A model generated the notes under the pieces. The model searched no databases. It saw only the letters and a program-made list of their open reading frames with translations, and was not told where the DNA came from. A program made the translations under genes and the position numbers. Below are positions 29,368-37,760 of a DNA stretch of 64,000 nucleotides, in pieces (the stretch's first letter is position 1; the number at the start of each line of letters is the position of its first letter). The stretch is taken from contig JBFWNU010000007.1 in assembly GCA_050250895.1 (NCBI GenBank), positions 224,001-288,000 of the forward strand, written 5' to 3'. The stretch comes from Vulcanimicrobiota bacterium. Its GTDB lineage: Bacteria; Vulcanimicrobiota; Xenobia; Xenobiales; JADMJV01.

Positions 29368-30858
29368 TCAATCCCATGGTCGACCGATCCTCTCGAAGAG
29401 CTCACAGGCGTCTTTCTCGAGGTGCCGGCCAACCCGCGGTCGATCGCCGAACTCCAGGTAGTCCTCGTTCTGGCTGGTGAAGCGCGGCCATTGCGGCAGC
29501 CCGTCCGTATTGGGGTCGCCGGTGGCCGCAAACTGGGTCCAGGCGGCTTGCATCTGCTGGCTGACTCGCTGATCGAGCTGGTCGGTGAAGCCGGGCGGCA
29601 GCGTGCCGAAGACATAGAACACGTCCACGCCGTGAGCCGCGCCCATGCCGTTGCGAACGCCACCGGGCGAGACGCGGGTGAGGTGATAGACGAAGACCGG
29701 GGCGGAACGCTGGGCCAGTCTTTGGGCCACCTGGCGGGCAGAAACGACAAAGGCGGCCACGGTGATCAGACGGTTGAGGGCCGGTTTGACCTCTTCGGGA
29801 GTCTCGGCGGGAAAGGCCTCGAGCACCTGCTCGGCGCCAGGACCGAAGATCTTTCGCACCAGCCACTGATAGCCGGCCGGTCGTTTGATGGGCAGTTGAC
29901 GCAAAAAGAGGGTTCCTTCGTCGGCGTTGGTCCCGAGCATGACGGGAACGTCGGTGGCGGCCAAAGCCTGCTCGGCTGGCTCGGGCAGCACCTTACCATC
30001 GATCACCGGCCAGAGCTTGCTGCCATTGCCAAACATGCCGACCCTGGGCGAAGCAGCGGCCAACAGCTTCTCGGCGGGCATAGCGCGCAATTCCTTGGCG
30101 CTCATCGCGCCGAGCAGGTCGACGCCAAGGCGCTCGGCTTCTTCAAGGCTGGCCAGATGGAGCGGCGTACCGCTTTGCATGATGACCCGGTGAAAGAGCC
30201 CACGAGCGGGGGGCGAGACCAGCAGGCATCCTGTCGAGACACCCCCCGCCGACTCGCCAAAAATGGTGACCCGCTCGGGATCTCCCCCGAAGGCGGCGAT
30301 GTTGCGCTTCACCCAGGCCAGGGCGGCGATCTGGTCCAGTAGACCGTAATTGCCCGAGACCCCTCGCTCGGATTCGGCCGAGAGGGCGGGGTGAGCCAGA
30401 AATCCGAAGGGTCCGAGCCGGTAGTTGAAGGTGACTACCACCACGCCCTGGCGGGCCAGGTCAGACCCGTCCTGGGTGGGCCGCGAGCCGCTGCCGATGG
30501 CAAAGCCGCCTCCGTGAATGAACACCATCACGGGCCGGCGTTCGCCCCTGGCGGCCGTGGTCCACACGTTGAGATAGAGGCAGTCTTCGCTTTGAGGGCC
30601 TTTCTCGGTCGGAATCAGGTTGGTGTCGGGCTGCACGCAGGCGGGGCCGAAGCGCGTGCAGTCACGCACCCCCGACCAGGGGGTTACCGGTTGGGGTGGT
30701 CTAAATCGCAGCTCGCCCACCGGCGGCGCGGCAAAGGGAATGCCGCGATAGTTTTTGACCCCTCGAGCTTCCAGGCCTCGGATCTCGCCGGAGTCGAGAC
30801 GCACCTGGTCGCTCCCGGCGATAGACGTCAAAAGAATGAGCAAGAGTATCCGTTTCAC
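29368..30858 (-). CDS. Type B carboxylesterase/lipase
   Basis: GIPFAAPP, SEDCLYLN, HGGGF, GESAG, AAHG. Confidence 0.93.
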   Translation of the reverse strand: MKRILLLILLTSIAGSDQVRLDSGEIRGLEARGVKNYRGIPFAAPPVGELRFRPPQPVTPWSGVRDCTRFGPACVQPDTNLIPTEKGPQSEDCLYLNVWTTAARGERRPVMVFIHGGGFAIGSGSRPTQDGSDLARQGVVVVTFNYRLGPFGFLAHPALSAESERGVSGNYGLLDQIAALAWVKRNIAAFGGDPERVTIFGESAGGVSTGCLLVSPPARGLFHRVIMQSGTPLHLASLEEAERLGVDLLGAMSAKELRAMPAEKLLAAASPRVGMFGNGSKLWPVIDGKVLPEPAEQALAATDVPVMLGTNADEGTLFLRQLPIKRPAGYQWLVRKIFGPGAEQVLEAFPAETPEEVKPALNRLITVAAFVVSARQVAQRLAQRSAPVFVYHLTRVSPGGVRNGMGAAHGVDVFYVFGTLPPGFTDQLDQRVSQQMQAAWTQFAATGDPNTDGLPQWPRFTSQNEDYLEFGDRPRVGRHLEKDACELFERIGRPWD

Positions 30859-30946
30859 CTTGGGAGAATCGGTTCGAGGAGAAAAAGTTGCGGCCTGCGA
30901 TCTAGTCAGAGTAGGGAATAGGTTGGCGTTTGCGAAGTGGGCAACC

Positions 30947-32344
30947 ATGCAAGCACCAGGCACTTCTTCCAATCCTTTGCGAGTGGCCGTGATCGGCTCG
31001 GGCCCGACGGGTTTTTTTACGGCCGAGCACCTGTTCAAAGCGCCCGACCTGCACGTGCAGGTCGACATGTTCGATCGGTTGCCCACGCCCTATGGCCTGG
31101 TGCGCGGAGGGGTGGCTCCCGATCACCAAAAGATCAAGAAGGTCACGGTCGGTTATGACAAGACCGCCGCTCGCGACGAGTTTCGTTTCTACGGCAACGT
31201 CGAGATCGGCCGTCACTTGAGCCTGGCCGAGCTGCGCGAGCATTATCATCAGATCGTCTTTTGCACCGGCGCCCAGACCGACCGGCGCATGGAGATCCCG
31301 GGTGAAGACCTGGAAGGAAGCCGCACGGCTACCGAGTTCGTGGCCTGGTACAACGGCCACCCTGACTATCGTGACTGCCGGTTTGACCTGTCGGTCGAGC
31401 GCGTGGTCGTGGTGGGGGTCGGCAACGTGGCCGTCGATGTGGCTCGCATTCTGTGCCGCACCCCCGAAGAACTGGCGGCTACCGACATCGCCGACTACGC
31501 CCTCGAAGCGCTCAAGAAGAGCCAGGTCAAGGAAGTCGTCATGCTGGGCCGCCGCGGTCCCGCTCAGGCCGCCTTCACCAACCCCGAGGCCAAAGAACTG
31601 GGCGAGCTGGAAGGGGCCGACCTTTTTATCAGCCCGGAAGACGCGATTCCTGATGCCCTCAGCCAGGAGGACCTGGCCGCGAACCCTGACCGCGCCACCG
31701 AGAAGAAGCTGGCCATGCTCAAAGAGTTTTCTGAACAACCGGCCCGCGGTTTGCCCCGCCGGTTGACCCTGCGTTTTCTGGTTTCGCCGGTCGAGCTGGT
31801 GGACGACGGCCAGGGTCGAGTTGGCGGGGTCAAGCTGGTGACGAACGAACTCTATCGTGATCACCGAGGCAACCTTCGCCCCCGCGCCACCGAGAAGTTC
31901 GAGGTTCTGCCGGCCGGTCTGGTGCTGCGTTCGGTCGGCTATCGTGGAGTGGCTCTGCCTGATGTGCCGTTTCACGATGCCTGGGGGGTCATTCCCAATC
32001 AAGAGGGTCGTATTCTCAATGGCGAAGCCGTCTGTCCCGGCGAGTACGTGGCCGGGTGGATCAAACGGGGCCCGAGCGGAGTGATCGGCACCAACAAGCC
32101 GTGCGCCAAAGAGACGGTGGAGCGCATGCTCGAAGATGTGGCTGCCGGCCAGGTCCACCAGCCCGGTAACCCCAGTCGAGAAGCCCTCGAAGCCCGCCTG
32201 CAGGGACGCACGCGCTGGGTCAGCTTCGCAGATTGGAAGCGCCTCGACGACCTCGAGGTATCGCGGGGCCAGAGCAGCGGACGTCCGAGAGTGAAGTTTA
32301 CCTCGGTGGACGAGATGCTAGAAGCTTTACAGATTCACGCCTAG
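30947..32344 (+). CDS. Ferredoxin-NADP+ reductase (FprA/adrenodoxin reductase type)
   Basis: GSGPTG, GLVRGGVAPDH, GVGNVAVD, GWIKRGPSGVIGTN. Confidence 0.93.
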   Translation: MQAPGTSSNPLRVAVIGSGPTGFFTAEHLFKAPDLHVQVDMFDRLPTPYGLVRGGVAPDHQKIKKVTVGYDKTAARDEFRFYGNVEIGRHLSLAELREHYHQIVFCTGAQTDRRMEIPGEDLEGSRTATEFVAWYNGHPDYRDCRFDLSVERVVVVGVGNVAVDVARILCRTPEELAATDIADYALEALKKSQVKEVVMLGRRGPAQAAFTNPEAKELGELEGADLFISPEDAIPDALSQEDLAANPDRATEKKLAMLKEFSEQPARGLPRRLTLRFLVSPVELVDDGQGRVGGVKLVTNELYRDHRGNLRPRATEKFEVLPAGLVLRSVGYRGVALPDVPFHDAWGVIPNQEGRILNGEAVCPGEYVAGWIKRGPSGVIGTNKPCAKETVERMLEDVAAGQVHQPGNPSREALEARLQGRTRWVSFADWKRLDDLEVSRGQSSGRPRVKFTSVDEMLEALQIHA

Positions 32345-32353
32345 GAGGATCGG

Positions 32354-33286
32354 ATGAAGATTTCTGTCGTTGGTGGAGCCGGCCGAGTCGGCTCGAATAC
32401 TGCCTTCGCCCTACAGGCCTGGGGCCTGGGCAACGAACTGGCCCTGATCGATGTCAACACCGACGGAGCCGCGGGGGAGGCGCTCGACCTGCTGCACGGA
32501 GCGGCTTTCACGGCCCCGCAACGGATCACGTCGGGTGGCTTTGACCACCTGCAGGGCTCGGATATCATCGTGGTGACCGCCGGTCTGCGCCGCCAGCCCG
32601 ACGAGCCCCGCCTGGCCCTGATCAATCGCAACGTCAAGCTTTTCAACGACATCATGGACCACATTCGCAAGGCGGCCGTGCCGGCTCATTGTGTGCTGGT
32701 CGTGGTGACCAATCCCGTGGACATCCTCACCCACGTGGCGGTCGAGCGCTCGGGCCTGCCTCCGCAGCAGGTGCTCGGCCTGGGCACGGTGCTCGACACC
32801 CTGCGCTTTCGCTCGCTGTTGGCTGATTACTTCCAGCTGGACGCTACCCAGATGCAGGCGCTGATCCTGGGTGAACACGGCGACTCGATGGTGCCCATCT
32901 GGTCGACGGCCAACATCAACGGCGTACCCTTCACCAGCCTGCCTGCGTACGAGCAGTCCAAGATTACGGCGATCTTCGAGCGCGCTCGTAAGAGCGGCGC
33001 CGAGGTAATCAAGCTCAAAGGTGGCGCCGGCTACGCCGTTGGCATCGCCATCGCCGCGGTGGTGCGCGCGGTAGCGCGCGACACCAAGACGCTCTTGCCC
33101 GTTTCGACCCTGCAAACCGGCCTCTACGGCATCCGCGACGTTTGCCTTTCGGTTCCCACCGTAGTTGGTGCCGGGGGCGCCGAACGCCTGGTGGAGATGG
33201 AACTCTGGCCCAAAGAAGAAGCCGGGATGCGCCACTCTGCCGAGTCGCTGAAAGCGACCCTCGAACAGGTCCGAGCCGCTCGTTAG
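32354..33286 (+). CDS. Lactate/malate dehydrogenase family protein
   Basis: GGAGRVG, TNPVD, LDTLRF, GEHGDS; Arg in TAGLRRQ suggests malate-type specificity. Confidence 0.92.
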   Translation: MKISVVGGAGRVGSNTAFALQAWGLGNELALIDVNTDGAAGEALDLLHGAAFTAPQRITSGGFDHLQGSDIIVVTAGLRRQPDEPRLALINRNVKLFNDIMDHIRKAAVPAHCVLVVVTNPVDILTHVAVERSGLPPQQVLGLGTVLDTLRFRSLLADYFQLDATQMQALILGEHGDSMVPIWSTANINGVPFTSLPAYEQSKITAIFERARKSGAEVIKLKGGAGYAVGIAIAAVVRAVARDTKTLLPVSTLQTGLYGIRDVCLSVPTVVGAGGAERLVEMELWPKEEAGMRHSAESLKATLEQVRAAR

Positions 33287-33294
33287 GCTCTGCG

Positions 33295-33480
33295 CCGAGG
33301 AGCGCCGGCTTCGCTTCGCTCGCCAGTGGGAGGGGAGCGGCGCAGGGCCGCCGAGAGCAGCGCATCTTCGCCGGCCGCCGCCCCCTCGGCCGAAAGGCCG
33401 CTCCCACCTCCGCGAAGCGGCTCTCACCTCGGCCGGAGGGTAGCCTTGGCTCGCTCGCACTCGCCAGCGGAGCGCGCGCC
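33295..33480. repeat. Modular hairpin-linker repeat, copy 1
   Basis: Shares the exact 28-mer CGCTCGCCAGTGGGAGGGGAGCGGCGCA with copies 2 and 3; units CCGCGAAGCGG and CGGCCGAAAGGCCG. Confidence 0.85.
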
Positions 33481-34092
33481 ACCCCACGTGCTTTCCGTGG
33501 GTTGCAACCTTCCCCGCCGGTGCGGCTGGAAGGTCGTTCCACCGTATGCCGGATTTGACACGTGGTTGCGCCGTACTCGGGCGAGGTTGCTCTTCCGTGC
33601 TTAAGAGTGTGGCAAAACCCCAATCCCTAATCCATAAACTCGCCAGAACGCTCACCCCACGCCCCCCACAACCACAACCCTCTCCGTGCCCTCCTGATCT
33701 CCGCGGTTTACTTCTCAGGCGCCCCACTGGCGAGCCACCCCGGCCTGTGCTTCGACCAGGCGCCGCGCCACGTCCCCGGACTTCCAGCTGGAAGTATTCG
33801 CTCGCTCGGTAGCGACGAAATGTTCGGATATCCTAATATTTGAGAAATGCGGAGTTTGCTCTGCAGTTCGTCCGTCTCTGAACGTGGGCGTACGGGTCGT
33901 GGTGGGGGTGGACAACTACCCTCGCCCGGATCATCGTTGGCGAATCGTTTTTTCGCCGCAATCCCGTCTCGTGCCCACCTGTGAGGCGAATTTCAAACGC
34001 TGTAACCAAGCCGTTTTCGTGTGTTGCTCCGCGGGGTTTTCTTGAGTAAGATAGGATCATTCCTTGATTCTTCTTCTACTCGGAGGTCGGCT

Positions 34093-35277
34093 ATGTCATC
34101 ATCTCTATCAGGACTGTCCCACTCATTGCAACAACTCTCCCATCAAGAACTGCATCAGCGAAATCGCCAGGCTAGCCAGCGCTCCTTTGGGTGCGAATGG
34201 GAGTTGGCCGCCCACCTTTTGGCCACCGAGCGTAGCGGCCTCTATCGCCAGATGGGTTGCGGCAGCACGGTCGGATACGCTATCTACCACCTCCAACTGC
34301 ATCCTCAGAAGGCGGGCGAACTCCTTAGCCTGGCCAGGGTCTTCGAGCAACTGCCACTGATCTCGGAAGCCTTTCGCGAGGGAAAGCTGTGCTGGAGCAA
34401 AGCGCGTGCTCTCAAGCGGATCACGACCCCCGAGAACGAGGCTGAGATGCTCGAGTTTGCCCTTAAGAACAAAGCTCAGACAGTCGAGCGCGCCGTGGCG
34501 CTGACTCCCACCCAATACAAGCGCGGCCAAGCTCTGAAAGCCTCACTCGAAGCTCGCCAGAGTCAACCCGAGCTGACCTTCGGCGAGCAGCCCACGAAGG
34601 CTGCCGAGAAGCCAGCGCCGCCCGCCGTTCCAGAGGCTCCGAAGTTGCGAAAGGTCATTTTGCTGCTGCCCCCTGAGGAGTATGCCGTCTATGAGCAGGC
34701 GAAGAGAATGGTCGAGGCGCGCCAGGGCAAGCGAGTTAGCCAGGAGACGGCCGTGGCCGAGATGAGCAGGGCTCTTCTCGCCTCGGCCGACAACCGCAGC
34801 AAAGTGCGACATCAGGTCATCGTGCAAGTGAACGGCGAGACCGGCGAAGGTTTCTATGATACCGACCGGGGACTCTTGCCGGCCGAACCCGAGGCCGTCG
34901 ACGAGGCCATGAAACAAACCGGTATCGTGGTGGCTTGTTCCCAGGCCGAACTTCCAGCTGGAAGTTCCCAGGCCGAGCAATTGTCGCTACTGCCGAGTCG
35001 GTCCAAGACCCGGCCGGGGCTTCCGGTGGGTTTGGTGCGAGCGGTCTACGCCCGAGCCTTCGGCCGCTGCGAGCGATGCTCGTGCTCGGGCGGCAATCTG
35101 GTGGTGCACCACGTTCGCGCCTGGTCCGAAACCAGACAGCATCGGCTGGAGGACTTAGAGCTGCTCTGTCCGGGTTGCCACGCCAATGAACACGAGAAAG
35201 ACTTTGCGAACCGACCCGAGTGGAAGGCGGCGCGGGATTCGGCCGTGCGGCGCCGGCGCAAGTCACGCTCGGGATGA
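34093..35277 (+). CDS. HNH endonuclease with DUF222-like helical N-terminus
   Basis: SD GGAGG; LPLISEAFREGKLCWSKAR; C-terminal CERC..VHHV..LLCPGCH. Confidence 0.85.
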   Translation: MSSSLSGLSHSLQQLSHQELHQRNRQASQRSFGCEWELAAHLLATERSGLYRQMGCGSTVGYAIYHLQLHPQKAGELLSLARVFEQLPLISEAFREGKLCWSKARALKRITTPENEAEMLEFALKNKAQTVERAVALTPTQYKRGQALKASLEARQSQPELTFGEQPTKAAEKPAPPAVPEAPKLRKVILLLPPEEYAVYEQAKRMVEARQGKRVSQETAVAEMSRALLASADNRSKVRHQVIVQVNGETGEGFYDTDRGLLPAEPEAVDEAMKQTGIVVACSQAELPAGSSQAEQLSLLPSRSKTRPGLPVGLVRAVYARAFGRCERCSCSGGNLVVHHVRAWSETRQHRLEDLELLCPGCHANEHEKDFANRPEWKAARDSAVRRRRKSRSG

Positions 35278-35314
35278 ACTAAGGAGTGCCGGCTGCGGCC
35301 AGACGACTTCGTCG

Positions 35315-35535
35315 TCGAGGAGTGTCGGCTACGCCGCCAAGTAAGGAGCCGGGCTTCGCCCGGAGAGGGGAGCACTGGCTTCGCTTGCGCTCGCCAGTGG
35401 GAGGGGAGCGGCGCAAGGCCGCCGAGAGTCTCGACCTCGAGGTGAGCGCAGCGAACCTCGCTCCCATCTCCGCGAAGCGGCTCCTCCCTCGGCCGAAAGG
35501 CTGCTCCTCCCTCGACCGGAGGCCGCCTTTCGGCG
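35315..35535. repeat. Modular hairpin-linker repeat, copy 2
   Basis: Near-collinear with copy 3, including an identical 47-mer beginning CTCGAGGTGAGCGCAGCGAACCTCG. Confidence 0.9.
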
Positions 35536-35569
35536 AGGTTGTCGTGGCCGGGGTGGCGAAATTCGTCTG

Positions 35570-36148
35570 GTGCGGCGCGCTATTCCTGGGCTATGGGTTC
35601 TGATCATCCTGGTGGTGGTTGGATTGGGCGGTCGTTGGCAGGAGCAACCGCGGCCTGGTGAATGGAAACTGCTGACCGATTACTTCGATCCTCGCTGCGG
35701 GGGATTTCGGTGGCTCGACTACGTCGTCATGAGTGGGAAAGGTTTGTCATGCAACCAGCATGTGGCTCATCCCGGGGCCTCGTGGCGCCATCCGGTGGCT
35801 CGTGTCCAGCAGGGAGGCCTGAGCTTGGAGTTGGAGATCAGGGACTTGCCGTGCGGCAGGTACATGAACCCTCTCGAGAAAGTGCCCGAACGGTTGCTTC
35901 TGATGGTAGACGGAGTACCGGTGGGACGCTGTTGCGAGATGAAGGTGCTGGGCTCTGCCCAGGAATGGGCGCGAGTTCGATTTACCGTGAGGCACATCTC
36001 CTCGGGGCGGATCGAGCAAGTGGCGGCCTGCATCAATCAGGGCCCCAGCTTCGAACCCACCGACAATTGGTCGTTTTACGAACTCAAGACTAACCCGGCC
36101 AGGTTCGTGGTCGACACCAGGGACCCACGCACCGAGCGGTGCCCTTGA
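35570..36148 (+). CDS. Hypothetical exported protein between repeat copies
   Basis: Hydrophobic N-terminus; 7 Cys; fills the gap between repeat copies 2 and 3. Confidence 0.6.
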   Translation: MRRAIPGLWVLIILVVVGLGGRWQEQPRPGEWKLLTDYFDPRCGGFRWLDYVVMSGKGLSCNQHVAHPGASWRHPVARVQQGGLSLELEIRDLPCGRYMNPLEKVPERLLLMVDGVPVGRCCEMKVLGSAQEWARVRFTVRHISSGRIEQVAACINQGPSFEPTDNWSFYELKTNPARFVVDTRDPRTERCP

Positions 36149-36152
36149 GCAC

Positions 36153-36393
36153 TCGAGGAGAATCGGCTGCGCCGCCAAGTAGGGAGCCGGGCTTCGCCCC
36201 ACCGGCTTCACTAGCGCTCGCCAGTGGGAGGGGAGCGGCGCAAGCCGCCGAGAGTCTCAAACTCGAGGTGAGCGCAGCGAACCTCGCTCCCATCTCCGCG
36301 AAGCGGCTTCCACCTCGGCCGAGAGGCCGCTTCCATCTCCGCGAAGCGGCTCCTACCTCGGCCGAAAGGCCGCTCCTCGCTGGCGAAGCCAGC
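36153..36393. repeat. Modular hairpin-linker repeat, copy 3
   Basis: As copy 2, with the CCGCGAAGCGG / CGGCCGANAGGCCG unit pair duplicated. Confidence 0.9.
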
Positions 36394-36405
36394 CCCGCGT
36401 CCAAA

Positions 36406-36570
36406 CAGCAACCTTTTGTTCAATCCGGGTTCGCCAGTTCATGGGTAGACTGCTATTGTCCCGTCGGGGTAAACTTTACGGGACAGGAAAGGTCACTTCC
36501 CATGCGGATTCCTGACGCCGTAAACTCAGTGGCCTCGGTCGTTTCGATTGGGGTCATCGAGAGGCTGTAG
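36406..36570 (+). ncRNA. Candidate structured non-coding RNA (family not recognised)
   Basis: Nested stems pair the two ends; G-U pairs favour the + strand; terminator immediately downstream. Confidence 0.35.
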
Positions 36571-36578
36571 ACCACAAC

Positions 36579-36610
36579 AAAAAAGAGGCCGTTTGGCCTC
36601 TTTTTCTTTT
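36579..36610. terminator. Bidirectional intrinsic terminator
   Basis: AAAAAAGAGGCC-GTTT-GGCCTCTTTTT. Confidence 0.85.
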
Positions 36611-37028
36611 ACCAGACGGGCGGCTCGCCCTCGAACTTGGTGGGCTCTGACTCGCCACCGTTGTAGTAGACGAAGATTCTTGGCTTGACCGAGCGCTCGG
36701 CCAGCACGTCCCACTTGAAGGTCAGAACCTCCTTTTTGCCAGCATCGAGTTCGCCGATTTCGCGGGTGAGGGTCTCGACGGGGCGGTTGCGGTCGTTATA
36801 GAGGATGACCTCCATCTTGACGCCGTCGACCGGCACATCGGCCAGGTTCTGCAACCAGACCGTCATGCTGCCACGCGATGACATGATGCTGGAACGGCCG
36901 GCATCGTTGTTCATTTTGGCCTTGAGCACTTTGAGGGGGTGGTCGATCTTGTCTTCGGACCAGGCCGTCAGAGTCAGGGCAAAAGTGGCCAGGGCCACCA
37001 GGGTAGCAAATACAACTCTTTTGTTCAT
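36609..37028 (-). CDS. Secreted protein, FxLYD-like Ig fold
   Basis: Signal peptide; VWLQN..VILYND..GELDAG..LTF pattern. Confidence 0.7.
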   Translation of the reverse strand: MNKRVVFATLVALATFALTLTAWSEDKIDHPLKVLKAKMNNDAGRSSIMSSRGSMTVWLQNLADVPVDGVKMEVILYNDRNRPVETLTREIGELDAGKKEVLTFKWDVLAERSVKPRIFVYYNGGESEPTKFEGEPPVW

Positions 37029-37082
37029 GGGGCGTAGCTTCTGTTCCCCAGGGAGTTACCCTCTTTCCCAGAAGGAACGCTG

Positions 37083-37760
37083 ATGCGATTGTCGATTGTG
37101 GTGCCAGTCCTCGACGAGAGTTCGACGCTGGAGCAGCTGCTGGAGCATCTCGAGGGGCTGGCCGGTGTGCACGAGGTGATCGTGGTCGACGGCGGGTCAA
37201 AGGACGGAACGCCCGAGTTGGCGTTGGGTCGCGCTCGTTTGCTGGCTTCGGCCCCCGGGCGGGGCCAGCAGATGAACGCGGGGGCGGCCGAGGCCGCGGG
37301 CGACGTGCTGTTGTTTCTGCACGCCGACACCCGGTTGCCGCCCCAGGCCTCGGGGGCCATCCAGCAGGCTTTGGAAGACCCGACGGTGGTGGGGGGAATG
37401 TTCAGCAAGGTGGCTTTCACCGAGCATCCTCTCTTGACTGTCAGCGATCAGCTGGTCGAGTGGGTCCAATGGTGGCGACCGATGCTGCTGGGCGACCGGG
37501 CCATCTTCGTCAGGCGTCAGAGTTTCGAGCGGGTGGGCGGTTATCGTCGCCTCGAGATCATGGAAGATCCCGACCTCGGTGATCGTTTGGCAAAAGTCGG
37601 GCGCCTGACCGTGCTCGAGGCCAGAGTCACTACCTCGGCCCGAAGGTTCCTCAAAGCTGGGGTGACGCGCACCCTGTGGCTGATGTTCTGCCTCTGCGCC
37701 CTGTATCAACTGGGGCTTCCCACCGGCTGGCTAGCCCGCTATTATCGGGCTAATCGTTAG
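37083..37760 (+). CDS. GT2 glycosyltransferase (TIGR04283-like)
   Basis: VVDGGSKDGT, GRGQQMNAGA, LFLHADT, IMED, TSARRF. Confidence 0.9.
   Translation: MRLSIVVPVLDESSTLEQLLEHLEGLAGVHEVIVVDGGSKDGTPELALGRARLLASAPGRGQQMNAGAAEAAGDVLLFLHADTRLPPQASGAIQQALEDPTVVGGMFSKVAFTEHPLLTVSDQLVEWVQWWRPMLLGDRAIFVRRQSFERVGGYRRLEIMEDPDLGDRLAKVGRLTVLEARVTTSARRFLKAGVTRTLWLMFCLCALYQLGLPTGWLARYYRANR

Noticed and set aside
27727-30342. 871-aa + strand ORF
   Set aside because: Antisense shadow of shc and the carboxylesterase; no motifs; typical of high-GC codon bias. The same applies to most overlapping ORFs in the track.
34093-35277. IscB/Cas9-like RNA-guided nuclease
   Set aside because: No PLMP or split RuvC motifs; the HNH domain is C-terminal after a DUF222-like region.
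33295-36393. Repeats as a CRISPR array
   Set aside because: Constant units are only about 9 nt, the intervening pieces are self-complementary and reused, and no cas genes are present.
35315-36393. Repeats as integron attC sites
   Set aside because: No RYYYAAC/GTTRRRY ends recognised, the fold is branched rather than one hairpin, and no tyrosine integrase is in the window.
36430-36505. Hammerhead, ZTP or fluoride motif
   Set aside because: Only partial word matches (CTGCTAT..GGAAA; GTTCGCCAG); the required core consensus is missing.
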